DNA from: Felixounavirus LF82P5
Reading direction: 5' to 3' (one strand)
Sequence record: OZ035800.1
Length of the DNA stretch: 64,000 bases
This document shows positions 48,426 through 56,652 of this stretch, in pieces. A program made the position numbers and the translations under genes. Numbering within the stretch: position 1 is the stretch's first letter; each line of letters begins with the position of its first letter. The notes beneath the pieces are model-generated. The model worked only from the letters and a program-made list of their open reading frames with translations. It was not told the DNA's origin and did no database searches.

Positions 48426-48828
48426 CCTCTGAAACTAAAAATGTAATACCACATAAGTGTCTGTAACGACTATCATACTCGAATATCTTAAACAGATATT
48501 TACCATCATGATAAACCTGTTGCACTTCACCTTCTGCAACAATCTCGCCTGTAATAAAATTTTTTAGTTTATACACATTACCAACTTTAGGTACTGTTTT
48601 CATCTCAGGCTCTTTTAGTGCTACACCTATTTTTGCATCACCGAGTAAATGAGAACTCTCAAAAGCTACGTGTTTCATATAAGCTTCTGAACATTCCCAA
48701 ATAAAACAATGTACAAGAATCTTAGCAGCATGTCTTGAACAGTTCAACTTATCACAAATTTCTGTGTACATCTCATCTTTAGTGGAATTGTCAAGCATTG
48801 CTCTTTGCACTACTTCTTTAATTTTCAT
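48364..48828 (-). CDS. hypothetical protein
   Basis: 154-aa ORF. Confidence 0.45.
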   Translation of the reverse strand: MKIKEVVQRAMLDNSTKDEMYTEICDKLNCSRHAAKILVHCFIWECSEAYMKHVAFESSHLLGDAKIGVALKEPEMKTVPKVGNVYKLKNFITGEIVAEGEVQQVYHDGKYLFKIFEYDSRYRHLCGITFLVSEDDLIKNNSNKFAVPEYQVLR

Positions 48829-49246
48829 AAGCTCTCCGAATAACCCTATTAAGCATCTCTAAAGTCAGCTTTCCAGATTCTAAATGCGGCATAACAAGCT
48901 TTAAAGCTTTTTCAACATCATGCACAACATCTATTATACCTTCTGCATAGGCTTCCACAAGGATATCTTTTACGTTTTGTGGATTACCTTTTTGTGGTAT
49001 CACTAGGCACATATCAAACTCATTTGCTTGAGGATGGTTCTTACCACGCCAGTAACCATCTTTGTTAAAGCTGATGTAGTCACCGTGGTAAAAGTGTACA
49101 CCATTAGCTTTAAACTTCTCCAGCACAAGGCATTGAATTGGGTATTCAGTATTCCACTCCCTGACTCCTATAACCTTCACTGTTGCGATGTACTCCTGTG
49201 TTTTTGCATCTATGATGTCAAGTTCTTGACCAGCAATGATTTGCAT
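48818..49246 (-). CDS. hypothetical protein
   Basis: 142-aa ORF. Confidence 0.45.
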   Translation of the reverse strand: MQIIAGQELDIIDAKTQEYIATVKVIGVREWNTEYPIQCLVLEKFKANGVHFYHGDYISFNKDGYWRGKNHPQANEFDMCLVIPQKGNPQNVKDILVEAYAEGIIDVVHDVEKALKLVMPHLESGKLTLEMLNRVIRRAYEN

Positions 49247-49299
49247 ATTCGCTACCTTCTAAGTTTCTACAAAGGGGCTATCAAGTAACCCCTAAGTTA

Positions 49300-49524
49300 T
49301 TACTCAGACTTTTCAGTCTTCTTATCGGATTTCTTACTAGTCTTCTTCTCAGCCTTCTGCTCAGGTTCCTTCTCAGAAGTTGCCTTGATAACCATATCAA
49401 GAAGCTCTGATAAGTCACTCTTCAGCAAAGTAACAGGCTGCTCGTTGTAGAAGTTTTTGTCAAGATAAACTTTGAACTCTTCTATAGAAGGAAATCCAAA
49501 AATTGGTACAGGTGTCTTAATCAT
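49300..49524 (-). CDS. hypothetical protein
   Basis: 74 aa with Lys/Ser-rich C-terminus. Confidence 0.4.
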   Translation of the reverse strand: MIKTPVPIFGFPSIEEFKVYLDKNFYNEQPVTLLKSDLSELLDMVIKATSEKEPEQKAEKKTSKKSDKKTEKSE

Positions 49525-49600
49525 TACTTAGTCTCTCCATAGGCATCTTTTAAGATTGCCTTGTTAATCATTTCAGCGATTGCAAAACGAACACATACAG

Positions 49601-50134
49601 CTATAATTGTAGGTTGCATTCTTTACTTACCTCTTCAAGTTTAACCTCAGAATCCTTAAGTCGTTTCTTATAAACTCTGAACCTCATTAGTGAGATGATG
49701 ATACCAGCTAAAGGAACAACATACAAGTACCAGACATCATGCAACTTTGCAGTAATCTGTGTAATGGTCAAGTCTTGAGCTATACAACTGATTGCTGATA
49801 CTACCAGTAACATTGCTAAGAAGAACGCCAATACCATAACAATACTTAGGCATCCTCTGGCATGGTGTTCATGCTTAATACACTTGTTCTTTTCATCAAC
49901 AACCATGTTGTAGTCGTTTGTAAAGTCTCTGTAGAAAGCTTTCAAGTATTCTTGACTGTAGCCCTCAAAGCAACCTGTACCGTACCAATAATCACCACCA
50001 AAATGTGCTATGATACCGGTATCTCCATTCGGTTTGGTTACTCTAAGAGAAGTATGATGACCAGTCTTCTGGTAATCTATTTTGTATCTTTCTTCGTAAA
50101 TCATTTCCCAACCCCTCTCAATCGTTTGTTCCAC
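49601..50134 (-). CDS. membrane protein of unknown function
   Basis: 177 aa with two hydrophobic helices in the C-terminal half. Confidence 0.45.
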   Translation of the reverse strand: MEQTIERGWEMIYEERYKIDYQKTGHHTSLRVTKPNGDTGIIAHFGGDYWYGTGCFEGYSQEYLKAFYRDFTNDYNMVVDEKNKCIKHEHHARGCLSIVMVLAFFLAMLLVVSAISCIAQDLTITQITAKLHDVWYLYVVPLAGIIISLMRFRVYKKRLKDSEVKLEEVSKECNLQL

Positions 50135-50319
50135 TCAAGGTCAACAAGCCTTTGCAGGACTTTCCCTCTAGGTGTTACACCCTTTAAATCTGCATCGTAG
50201 CAACGGTAAAAGTCACCTTCAGCGTGTTTACCATAGCATTTTCTGATATTCTGGCTCCTACGATACTGCTCTAACAGGGACAGTTTGTAGTAGTTTTCAA
50301 CTGTAGTTAGTTTTTTCAT
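50101..50319 (-). CDS. hypothetical protein
   Basis: 72-aa ORF. Confidence 0.35.
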   Translation of the reverse strand: MKKLTTVENYYKLSLLEQYRRSQNIRKCYGKHAEGDFYRCYDADLKGVTPRGKVLQRLVDLEWNKRLRGVGK

Positions 50320-50861
50320 TCTTTCACCATAGCATTTCTGAACTGGCGTTGAGTCTCTCTTGTAATTTCGTTTGGAGTAAACCCTGCTTTTAGCATATCT
50401 CTGAAAAGAACTTCTAAATGGTTCCTCTCAATGATGTAAATGGCATTCTGAATAGCTGTTTTGCGCTCCTTCAGGTCACTACTAATCTCTTCGCACTTAC
50501 TGGTAAGTTCTGTGTCAACTTTCTTATAGACTGGCATAACATGTGCGTAGCAACCTTTATTAGTCTCCATGAAAAATTTAAAAGATTCTTCAGAGTCCTT
50601 TAGAGCAATCCCTATAAAGTTTTTGTAAGCACCTGTGAAAGATAAGGAATCAATCTCAGCAGTTGAGTATACAGTCCCTGCACACAGTCTTGCAGAAGTA
50701 CTGAATGTGTGGTTTGGTGTTGTGTCAAAGTCTAAGTTCTTCAGTGGTCGGAAATAAACTGTACCATTGTGTGAGATGTGTGTTACAACAGCCTCAACAC
50801 TCTTTGAAGGATTCTGTTTAACATACAAAATAATTTTATCGTGTTCTTTCACTTTAGCCAT
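50316..50861 (-). CDS. hypothetical protein
   Basis: 181-aa ORF. Confidence 0.45.
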   Translation of the reverse strand: MAKVKEHDKIILYVKQNPSKSVEAVVTHISHNGTVYFRPLKNLDFDTTPNHTFSTSARLCAGTVYSTAEIDSLSFTGAYKNFIGIALKDSEESFKFFMETNKGCYAHVMPVYKKVDTELTSKCEEISSDLKERKTAIQNAIYIIERNHLEVLFRDMLKAGFTPNEITRETQRQFRNAMVKE

Positions 50862-50933
50862 ATCTATTCTCCAGAAACTAAAAAGGGAACTACCTCTCGA
50901 TAGCTCCCATCATAATCAATATTGTATACTCGG

Positions 50934-51515
50934 TCAAGAGTATTTTTTAGGCAGCAATGCACTGCGCTTGTTGCTCTCTTCACTCAATAGTGCAATGAAA
51001 TCATCACTTTTACCTTTCCACGGGCTGAATGAAGGGATATGTTCACGGATAGCCTCGATAACCGTCTTAAGTGCCGTGTTCTTCATCCACCAATCAGAAT
51101 CTGCTGATGCCACCACGTAGTATCCACCGTCATCAGTTAAAATTGGCTCTGAAATACATGGTGAAATCAAAGTGGTGATAATTGAACCATTGTTCATGTA
51201 GTATGTGCGTTTCATAACCTTTTCAAGAAGCTTGTGAAGGTCGCCAAACAATGTTACAAGTTCTTTGTGGTCAATATCTTTTTCGAGGTTTGCTCGATAC
51301 TTCAATAGTGCAGCATCAACCTCTCTGTCATTGAACTTGAAATATTGAACCTCTTCAACAAGGCAAACACTGATATTGTTGACATTCATAGTCAACTTGC
51401 AAACTTTTACAGGAGAGTTGATATTTGGTTGAAAAAGTGCAATACAACCTTCAATATTTCCAAAATGTTGTACCAGTGTTACTTGTGGAGTAATATTCTG
51501 TTGCTCTTCGGACAT
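50934..51515 (-). CDS. hypothetical protein
   Basis: 193-aa ORF. Confidence 0.45.
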   Translation of the reverse strand: MSEEQQNITPQVTLVQHFGNIEGCIALFQPNINSPVKVCKLTMNVNNISVCLVEEVQYFKFNDREVDAALLKYRANLEKDIDHKELVTLFGDLHKLLEKVMKRTYYMNNGSIITTLISPCISEPILTDDGGYYVVASADSDWWMKNTALKTVIEAIREHIPSFSPWKGKSDDFIALLSEESNKRSALLPKKYS

Positions 51516-51859
51516 TACAGTTTCCTCATTAAATACTTTTTAAGTTGTGTGTTAGGTTTCTCAAAAACTTCTATAGAAGATATCTTGACAGATTCACCTC
51601 GCATACCAGTATGTTTGAATATGTAATACTCTAACATCCCTATGTACTTTGCTGGTAAGTCATGCTTGACATACACCGTTACAGAATCTTCAAATTCGAC
51701 AACCTTCGTACCATCTTTGTAGTTAAACTCTTTAGGATGGTTGTAGTTATCTATGTCGTACATTAAAAATAGTCTTTTACGTTGTAAGTCAAGCTTATTT
51801 GTTAAAGACTCTTTGATATCTGAGAAGTTTTTGTAAACTGTGACATGGAGCTTACTCAT
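51515..51859 (-). CDS. hypothetical protein
   Basis: 114-aa ORF; 1-nt overlap with neighbour. Confidence 0.45.
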   Translation of the reverse strand: MSKLHVTVYKNFSDIKESLTNKLDLQRKRLFLMYDIDNYNHPKEFNYKDGTKVVEFEDSVTVYVKHDLPAKYIGMLEYYIFKHTGMRGESVKISSIEVFEKPNTQLKKYLMRKL

Positions 51860-52145
51860 CGTTAAACTCTCTGACGAAGAAATAGTTGACTTTATTATTA
51901 CCTACCATAAGGTCAAAGCAGGTATTCTCAAAAGGTTTGTTGTAGGCATCATATGAAACGTATGGGTCAGATACTTGCTTAGTACTTAACTTCTTACTTG
52001 ATGGGTTTAAGAGGCCACCATACAGCTTCTTGATAGCCTCTTCTACAACAGACCAGATAATTTCGTCAGTAATTTCTTCGTACAGGTCAAGTTCACGCTC
52101 TAGTGAGAAGTCACAAATAGGGAAAACAACCTGTACTTTACTCAT
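51852..52145 (-). CDS. hypothetical protein
   Basis: 97-aa ORF. Confidence 0.45.
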   Translation of the reverse strand: MSKVQVVFPICDFSLERELDLYEEITDEIIWSVVEEAIKKLYGGLLNPSSKKLSTKQVSDPYVSYDAYNKPFENTCFDLMVGNNKVNYFFVREFNDE

Positions 52146-52534
52146 TAACGAATCACCTGTGAGACTTGAATTGCTTCAGTTACTGACAAGTCACCTACTT
52201 TCTCTTCTTTGATAAAAGTGAAGGTGAGTTCAACAGGCTCTTGCTCTTCTTGCTCAACTGGAATGCCATTAAGCTCATCGCGGATTGATTGAGTTGTCCA
52301 GTCTTCTCCACCATCTGGATAATGGATGGCGTAACGAGGAAACTCCATATCATACCAGCCAAATACAGGACAACCATCTTCATCATCTCGCATTCTGCGA
52401 AGGGTGCTACCTGAGCCTGTAAAGCGAAGACTAATATTCCCATTACACTCAAAAATCACTGCGTCGGCAAGTCCAGCATCTTCTCGACCATCATGTCCAA
52501 AAGTGTCAACTTTTACTTGAATCTCTTTATTCAT
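52145..52534 (-). CDS. hypothetical protein
   Basis: 129-aa acidic ORF. Confidence 0.45.
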   Translation of the reverse strand: MNKEIQVKVDTFGHDGREDAGLADAVIFECNGNISLRFTGSGSTLRRMRDDEDGCPVFGWYDMEFPRYAIHYPDGGEDWTTQSIRDELNGIPVEQEEQEPVELTFTFIKEEKVGDLSVTEAIQVSQVIR

Positions 52535-52925
52535 AAAAACCTCTCTCTGCTTGTTCGATTTTTGCTCTTAAAACTTCACAACGTTCTATGTGATATCTGG
52601 CCTCATGCTCATGTGTTGCCAAAGTCCTTTCAAGAACTGTTTTATAGTAACTCGCAAGCTGCTCTCTTGTCAAGGGGTGTTCTGAAATAATATCAAGGCC
52701 ACTTTCCCCTAGAGTATTAAACTGCCCGTGTTCATTTACATGGTAAGTCTCAAACTTGAACAGGCCGTTGTTAGCAGATTCAATAGGTGATAGTTCAGCC
52801 AACTCAACAGTGAACATTGTGTGTACCCTATCACCAATTGTAACAATGTTACTCCCAATGATTCTCACCATTGAGCCATTGCGAGTGTACTTAAAAGCCC
52901 CAACATCATCAGCCCAAAGTTTCAT
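52527..52925 (-). CDS. hypothetical protein
   Basis: 132-aa ORF. Confidence 0.45.
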   Translation of the reverse strand: MKLWADDVGAFKYTRNGSMVRIIGSNIVTIGDRVHTMFTVELAELSPIESANNGLFKFETYHVNEHGQFNTLGESGLDIISEHPLTREQLASYYKTVLERTLATHEHEARYHIERCEVLRAKIEQAERGFYE

Positions 52926-52943
52926 AGTTTTCTCCTTAGAAAA

Positions 52944-52967
52944 TAAAAAAGGCTCCCGAAGGAGCCT
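52944..52967 (-). terminator. rho-independent terminator (minus strand)
   Basis: On the minus strand AGGCTCC-UUCG-GGAGCCU hairpin followed by a U6 run, downstream of the endolysin stop. Confidence 0.6.
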
Positions 52968-52976
52968 ATGAAGATA

Positions 52977-53441
52977 TTACTTTGGGTATACACTGTCAAG
53001 ATAAATGTCAGCTTCCATTCTACGTCTGTTTTTCAGGCCGTTTGAAGTGACCTTCTTACCTTTGACTGTAACCTTGTTCCACCACTGCATAGCTTCTGCA
53101 CAACCGACCTTATTACCAGCATTGTGGCGCTTGATAAATGTGGAATCCTGCATAGCTGTGATACCGATGTTGTATGTTTCACTTACAAGTGCATCAAACT
53201 CGTTCTGAGAAGTTGGAACCTTGATGGCTTTATTCACTGCTGCAACGAATTTTTCAACATCTGCAAGAAGATACTGTTCAGCTTGTTCAGCAGTAATTTT
53301 CATACCCATCTTAACAGGTTTTCCGTCAATACGGATTGTTCCATAACCGATTGTTGGGATTCCGGCAGAGTCTTCGTAAGCCTCTAACTTCAGACCTTCA
53401 AAGAACTTAATAGCCTCTAAACCTTTTCTTGAGAGTTGCAT
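52977..53441 (-). CDS. endolysin, T4-lysozyme-like (GH24)
   Basis: 154 aa; GLKLEAYEDSAGIPTIGYG contains the Glu-8 aa-Asp-5 aa-Thr catalytic arrangement of T4 lysozyme. Confidence 0.7.
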   Translation of the reverse strand: MQLSRKGLEAIKFFEGLKLEAYEDSAGIPTIGYGTIRIDGKPVKMGMKITAEQAEQYLLADVEKFVAAVNKAIKVPTSQNEFDALVSETYNIGITAMQDSTFIKRHNAGNKVGCAEAMQWWNKVTVKGKKVTSNGLKNRRRMEADIYLDSVYPK

Positions 53442-54574
53442 TATGCCTCCCCTGCTGGATTAACTGTAACTGTTGCTGCGTTAGATGTTACAGAGCCACC
53501 TGCACCAGTAACTACACAGGTGTAGCTTCCTGAATCAGCAGCGGTTGCACCTTCTTTGGTGTAAGTTGCAGTAGTTGCATCGAGGATGTCTTCCTCACCT
53601 TTCTTCCACTGGTAACTTGTTGCACCTGTTGCCACAACATTCAGCGTTAAGGTATCACCTTCAGTGATTCCTTGATTGGTTGGCTGTTGAGTGATTACTG
53701 GAAGTGCGTTCACAGTTACTACAGCAGCATTAGATTCCACTGCACCACCTGCACCTGTTACAACGCAAGTGTATGAACCTGCATCTGCTGGCAGAGCACC
53801 AGACTTGCTATAGGTGGCATCTGTAGCCGAAGGAATGTCAGAGCCATCTTTCTTCCACTGATAACCTGTTGCACCTGTTGCAGTCACTTCCAAGTTGATG
53901 TTTCCACCCTCATTGATAGTCTGGCTAGAAGGTTGTTGTGTAATCACAGGTAGTGCGTTCACAGTCACTGTTGCTGCATCTGAGGTAACACTTGTTCCAC
54001 CCTCTCCAGATACAACACAAGTATAAGAACCAGCATCAGAAGGTGCTACAGACTGTTTTGTGTAGGTTGCAGATGTGGCGCTAGTGATATCCTCACCATC
54101 CTTTTTCCATTGATATCCAGTGGCATTAGTTGCAATAATGCTTAGGGTAAGTGTACCACCTTCATTTACTGTTTGATTGGTTGGTTGCTGAGTAATTGAT
54201 GGTGGCTTGATAGCGTCCTTCAACTTAGCATTCAACATTGAGAATGGTTTAACTCTTGCCAGCCATTCACAATAAACTGTATCAACGTCTTTACCATTGA
54301 TAATTGCATATTGTAAGTCCATGAAGAAGTCAGAAGTTCTCATTTGAGCACCAACGCTATAAAGCAACTCATCACTAAATGGAACTTTGTAGTCTGGTTT
54401 GTAGTCAAACTTCTCAACTTCTGCGATATCAGCTTCAGGCCAATATGAGCTATAGGTGAGTGGTAAAATAGCCTCTTGATATGTTCTAAAATCATATCTC
54501 TTACCAGCCTTTACATTTGCAATGAAGCCCTTCACAAACTCTTTGAAGTCTGGGTAAGTCTTTGCTTTAATCAT
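53441..54574 (-). CDS. protein with three tandem Ig-like domains
   Basis: N-terminal roughly 130-aa domain plus three repeats of about 80 aa (ITQQP...YQWKKDG...AGSYTCVV...VTVN). Confidence 0.55.
   Translation of the reverse strand: MIKAKTYPDFKEFVKGFIANVKAGKRYDFRTYQEAILPLTYSSYWPEADIAEVEKFDYKPDYKVPFSDELLYSVGAQMRTSDFFMDLQYAIINGKDVDTVYCEWLARVKPFSMLNAKLKDAIKPPSITQQPTNQTVNEGGTLTLSIIATNATGYQWKKDGEDITSATSATYTKQSVAPSDAGSYTCVVSGEGGTSVTSDAATVTVNALPVITQQPSSQTINEGGNINLEVTATGATGYQWKKDGSDIPSATDATYSKSGALPADAGSYTCVVTGAGGAVESNAAVVTVNALPVITQQPTNQGITEGDTLTLNVVATGATSYQWKKGEEDILDATTATYTKEGATAADSGSYTCVVTGAGGSVTSNAATVTVNPAGEA
53460..54200. repeat. tandem DNA repeats (three units of about 250 bp) encoding the Ig-like domains
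   Basis: Repeated blocks on the plus strand such as CACCTGCACCAGTAACTACACAGGTGTAGCTTCCTG / CACCTGCACCTGTTACAACGCAAGTGTATGAACCTG. Confidence 0.5.
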
Positions 54575-54942
54575 TTCTTTTTAGCCTCTAAATGTGCGTT
54601 TAGTCTAAAATAACCTTTGTGATGCGGAGATACATCACCAACAACAATACCTTTAACCTTATAACCTTTACCAATTACATACTGGATATCCATAAGGAAT
54701 CTTCCAAGACCAACAATATGGAACATTGGATATAATAGATTCTCAGAATCTGGAATATTGATTTCAGGTTTGTAGGTACGCTGTTCGCTTGTTGGTGTAA
54801 TATCTTCTTCAGGCCACTTACTGAGTCTCCATGTCAAAGGTGTTGGGATAACATCATTAAGGTTGTACCTTTCACCATTTTGCACGGAATTGATATAGGA
54901 TTGTAGGAAGCAATAAAAGTCTTTTGCACTCTTAGCTTTCAT
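54571..54942 (-). CDS. paralogue of the N-terminal domain of 53441..54574
   Basis: MKAKSAKDFYCFLQSYINSVQNGERY... aligns with MIKAKTYPDFKEFVKGFIANVKAGKRY...; shared ...FLMDIQYVI motif. Confidence 0.45.
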   Translation of the reverse strand: MKAKSAKDFYCFLQSYINSVQNGERYNLNDVIPTPLTWRLSKWPEEDITPTSEQRTYKPEINIPDSENLLYPMFHIVGLGRFLMDIQYVIGKGYKVKGIVVGDVSPHHKGYFRLNAHLEAKKK

Positions 54943-54989
54943 TAAATATCCTTATAAATAGTTAAAGGGGCATCAGCCCCTATTCACAC

Positions 54990-55580
54990 TTAAGCTTTGG
55001 TCTTAAGTAGGTTCTTAAGTTTTTTAAGATTCATACTCTCATCAAACTTAAAACCAAATCCATTGACATAATCAATGAACTCGGATTTCTTACTAAGTGA
55101 CAATGCGTAACTCATATCAAAGTTCTTACTTGTTTCTGCGTCTGGACTAGAGTTCACATCAAATGAAATTTCTGTAGGCTCTTGCTTACTTTTTCTCATA
55201 TTATCAACCAACAAACATGTATAGTTTGCTGGATAGAAGTTTACACTACCATCAACGTAGCTGTACTTATTATTATGGATAAGGTTGGAAAATACCTTAA
55301 GAAATGTTTCTGAGTCGTGGCAAACAAGTTTGAATTGGCTGCTCTCTCCAAGCGCAACTAATGAGTACGGACTTTCACTATCAAAGTCATAATTTGGATT
55401 CGATGCCGTCACTGTTACACGCATCAAGTTATTAGCAATAGTCTTCTGTTTAAAAGAATTTTGAACATAGTGAAGACCTCTATCACACTGATTGACTAGC
55501 TCTTTAAGTAGGTCATTTGCATATGGTGAATTAATTGATACAGAGCCATCACTATTGTAATTAAAACTTACTGTTAACAT
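54990..55580 (-). CDS. hypothetical protein
   Basis: 196-aa ORF. Confidence 0.45.
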   Translation of the reverse strand: MLTVSFNYNSDGSVSINSPYANDLLKELVNQCDRGLHYVQNSFKQKTIANNLMRVTVTASNPNYDFDSESPYSLVALGESSQFKLVCHDSETFLKVFSNLIHNNKYSYVDGSVNFYPANYTCLLVDNMRKSKQEPTEISFDVNSSPDAETSKNFDMSYALSLSKKSEFIDYVNGFGFKFDESMNLKKLKNLLKTKA

Positions 55581-55807
55581 TTTTCAGTTCTCCTGCGATT
55601 TATAATTTTGCTGCAATAGAGAAACGAAGTAAACTCACTGGAAGAAACCATCAAGTGTTGTTCACTAGATTGAGCCATTGCCCTGAAATACATTCCAGTC
55701 AAAGCATCATAGTGACTATTCTTTCCAATTGAGGTTATATAGCCATGACTCTTTGCAGTTTGATATAAATCTATAATATCTGCGATTTCTAATTGGGAAC
55801 TACACAT
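55574..55807 (-). CDS. hypothetical protein
   Basis: 77-aa ORF. Confidence 0.35.
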   Translation of the reverse strand: MCSSQLEIADIIDLYQTAKSHGYITSIGKNSHYDALTGMYFRAMAQSSEQHLMVSSSEFTSFLYCSKIINRRRTEKC

Positions 55808-55971
55808 AGATAATCCTCTTGTCTTCTGTAATTTTGAAAGAACAGGTACAGACCAATTTCAGAGGATGAATAGTAGATTAACTCTACCCTTTTTGATTCC
55901 TTACAGTGATTGGTATTCTTACCTTTCTTCGGTTTATTTGATTTTCTCATTAAGTCTCCTTTGTAGAACAA
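55789..55971 (-). CDS. hypothetical small basic protein
   Basis: 60-aa ORF, first gene of the minus-strand block. Confidence 0.3.
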   Translation of the reverse strand: MFYKGDLMRKSNKPKKGKNTNHCKESKRVELIYYSSSEIGLYLFFQNYRRQEDYLCVVPN

Positions 55972-56048
55972 GGCAGACCTACAGCTTTAAGTAAGATGGT
56001 ACAGTAATCCATACAACAAGTCAAGAACTATTGCAAGTTAAAAAAGTT

Positions 56049-56073
56049 GTTGACAAAGTACTTGACAAGGTGT
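56049..56073 (+). promoter_or_regulatory. conserved tandem-TTGACA module (second copy)
   Basis: GTTGACAAAGTACTTGACAAGGTGT; downstream shares ACTTAAAAGGTT with the 12659 copy; TATAAATA at about 56079. Confidence 0.45.
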
Positions 56074-56199
56074 AGGCTTATAAATACTTAGAAGATAACT
56101 TAAAAGGTTCCTCTAAAAAGGCTATTTAAACAGATATCTTTCTGGATATCTATCTTTTATCTTAAAAGCCTTTTAAGAGGTCTTATAAGAGGCATACCA

Positions 56200-56571
56200 A
56201 TGAAAAACAGAACAAACAAAGGCCAGTTTAAAAAAGGCCAGTCTGGAAACCCATCTGGAAGACCGAAAGGCTCTCGTAACAAAAGCTCACTCGTAAAAGC
56301 TCAACTGACCATTGATAATTCTGCTGAGTTTGCTGCAAAGTTGTTTGAGGCAATTGTTACAAGGGACGCTGCTAAGCTTGCAGAGTTCGGTTTAAACACA
56401 GATGACGTAACCATCAAGAGCATGATTGAGGTCGGTAAAACTATCTTTACTCACTCAGCAGGTGAGATGAAGGCACTTGCAGCAGACACTAAGAAGACTC
56501 CTGATAATGGTGGTCAACAACAGACAGATAACAAACCAACGTTCTCTGCTGTAGCGACTCTCAAAAAATAA
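56200..56571 (+). CDS. hypothetical protein with GNPSGRPKG motif
   Basis: 123 aa; N-terminal basic KGQFKKGQSGNPSGRPKGSRNK. Confidence 0.45.
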   Translation: MKNRTNKGQFKKGQSGNPSGRPKGSRNKSSLVKAQLTIDNSAEFAAKLFEAIVTRDAAKLAEFGLNTDDVTIKSMIEVGKTIFTHSAGEMKALAADTKKTPDNGGQQQTDNKPTFSAVATLKK

Positions 56572-56652
56572 TTTTAAAAGGTGTTGACAGACTCTACAAA
56601 GTTGCTCTAAAGTCTGTCACATCAAACAACAGATGAGAGAAGAGAGTAAAAT

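Noticed and set aside
56078-56085. T4-type late promoter TATAAATA
   Set aside because: A single occurrence inside an early-type divergent region; the replication genes here are T7-like and I found no recurring TATAAATA upstream of other genes in the window
56200-56571. Small terminase subunit, suggested by the basic GNPSGRPKG N-terminus
   Set aside because: No large terminase, portal or other packaging genes nearby; the gene sits in an early-type region upstream of the vWA protein and tRNA array, so it is kept as hypothetical
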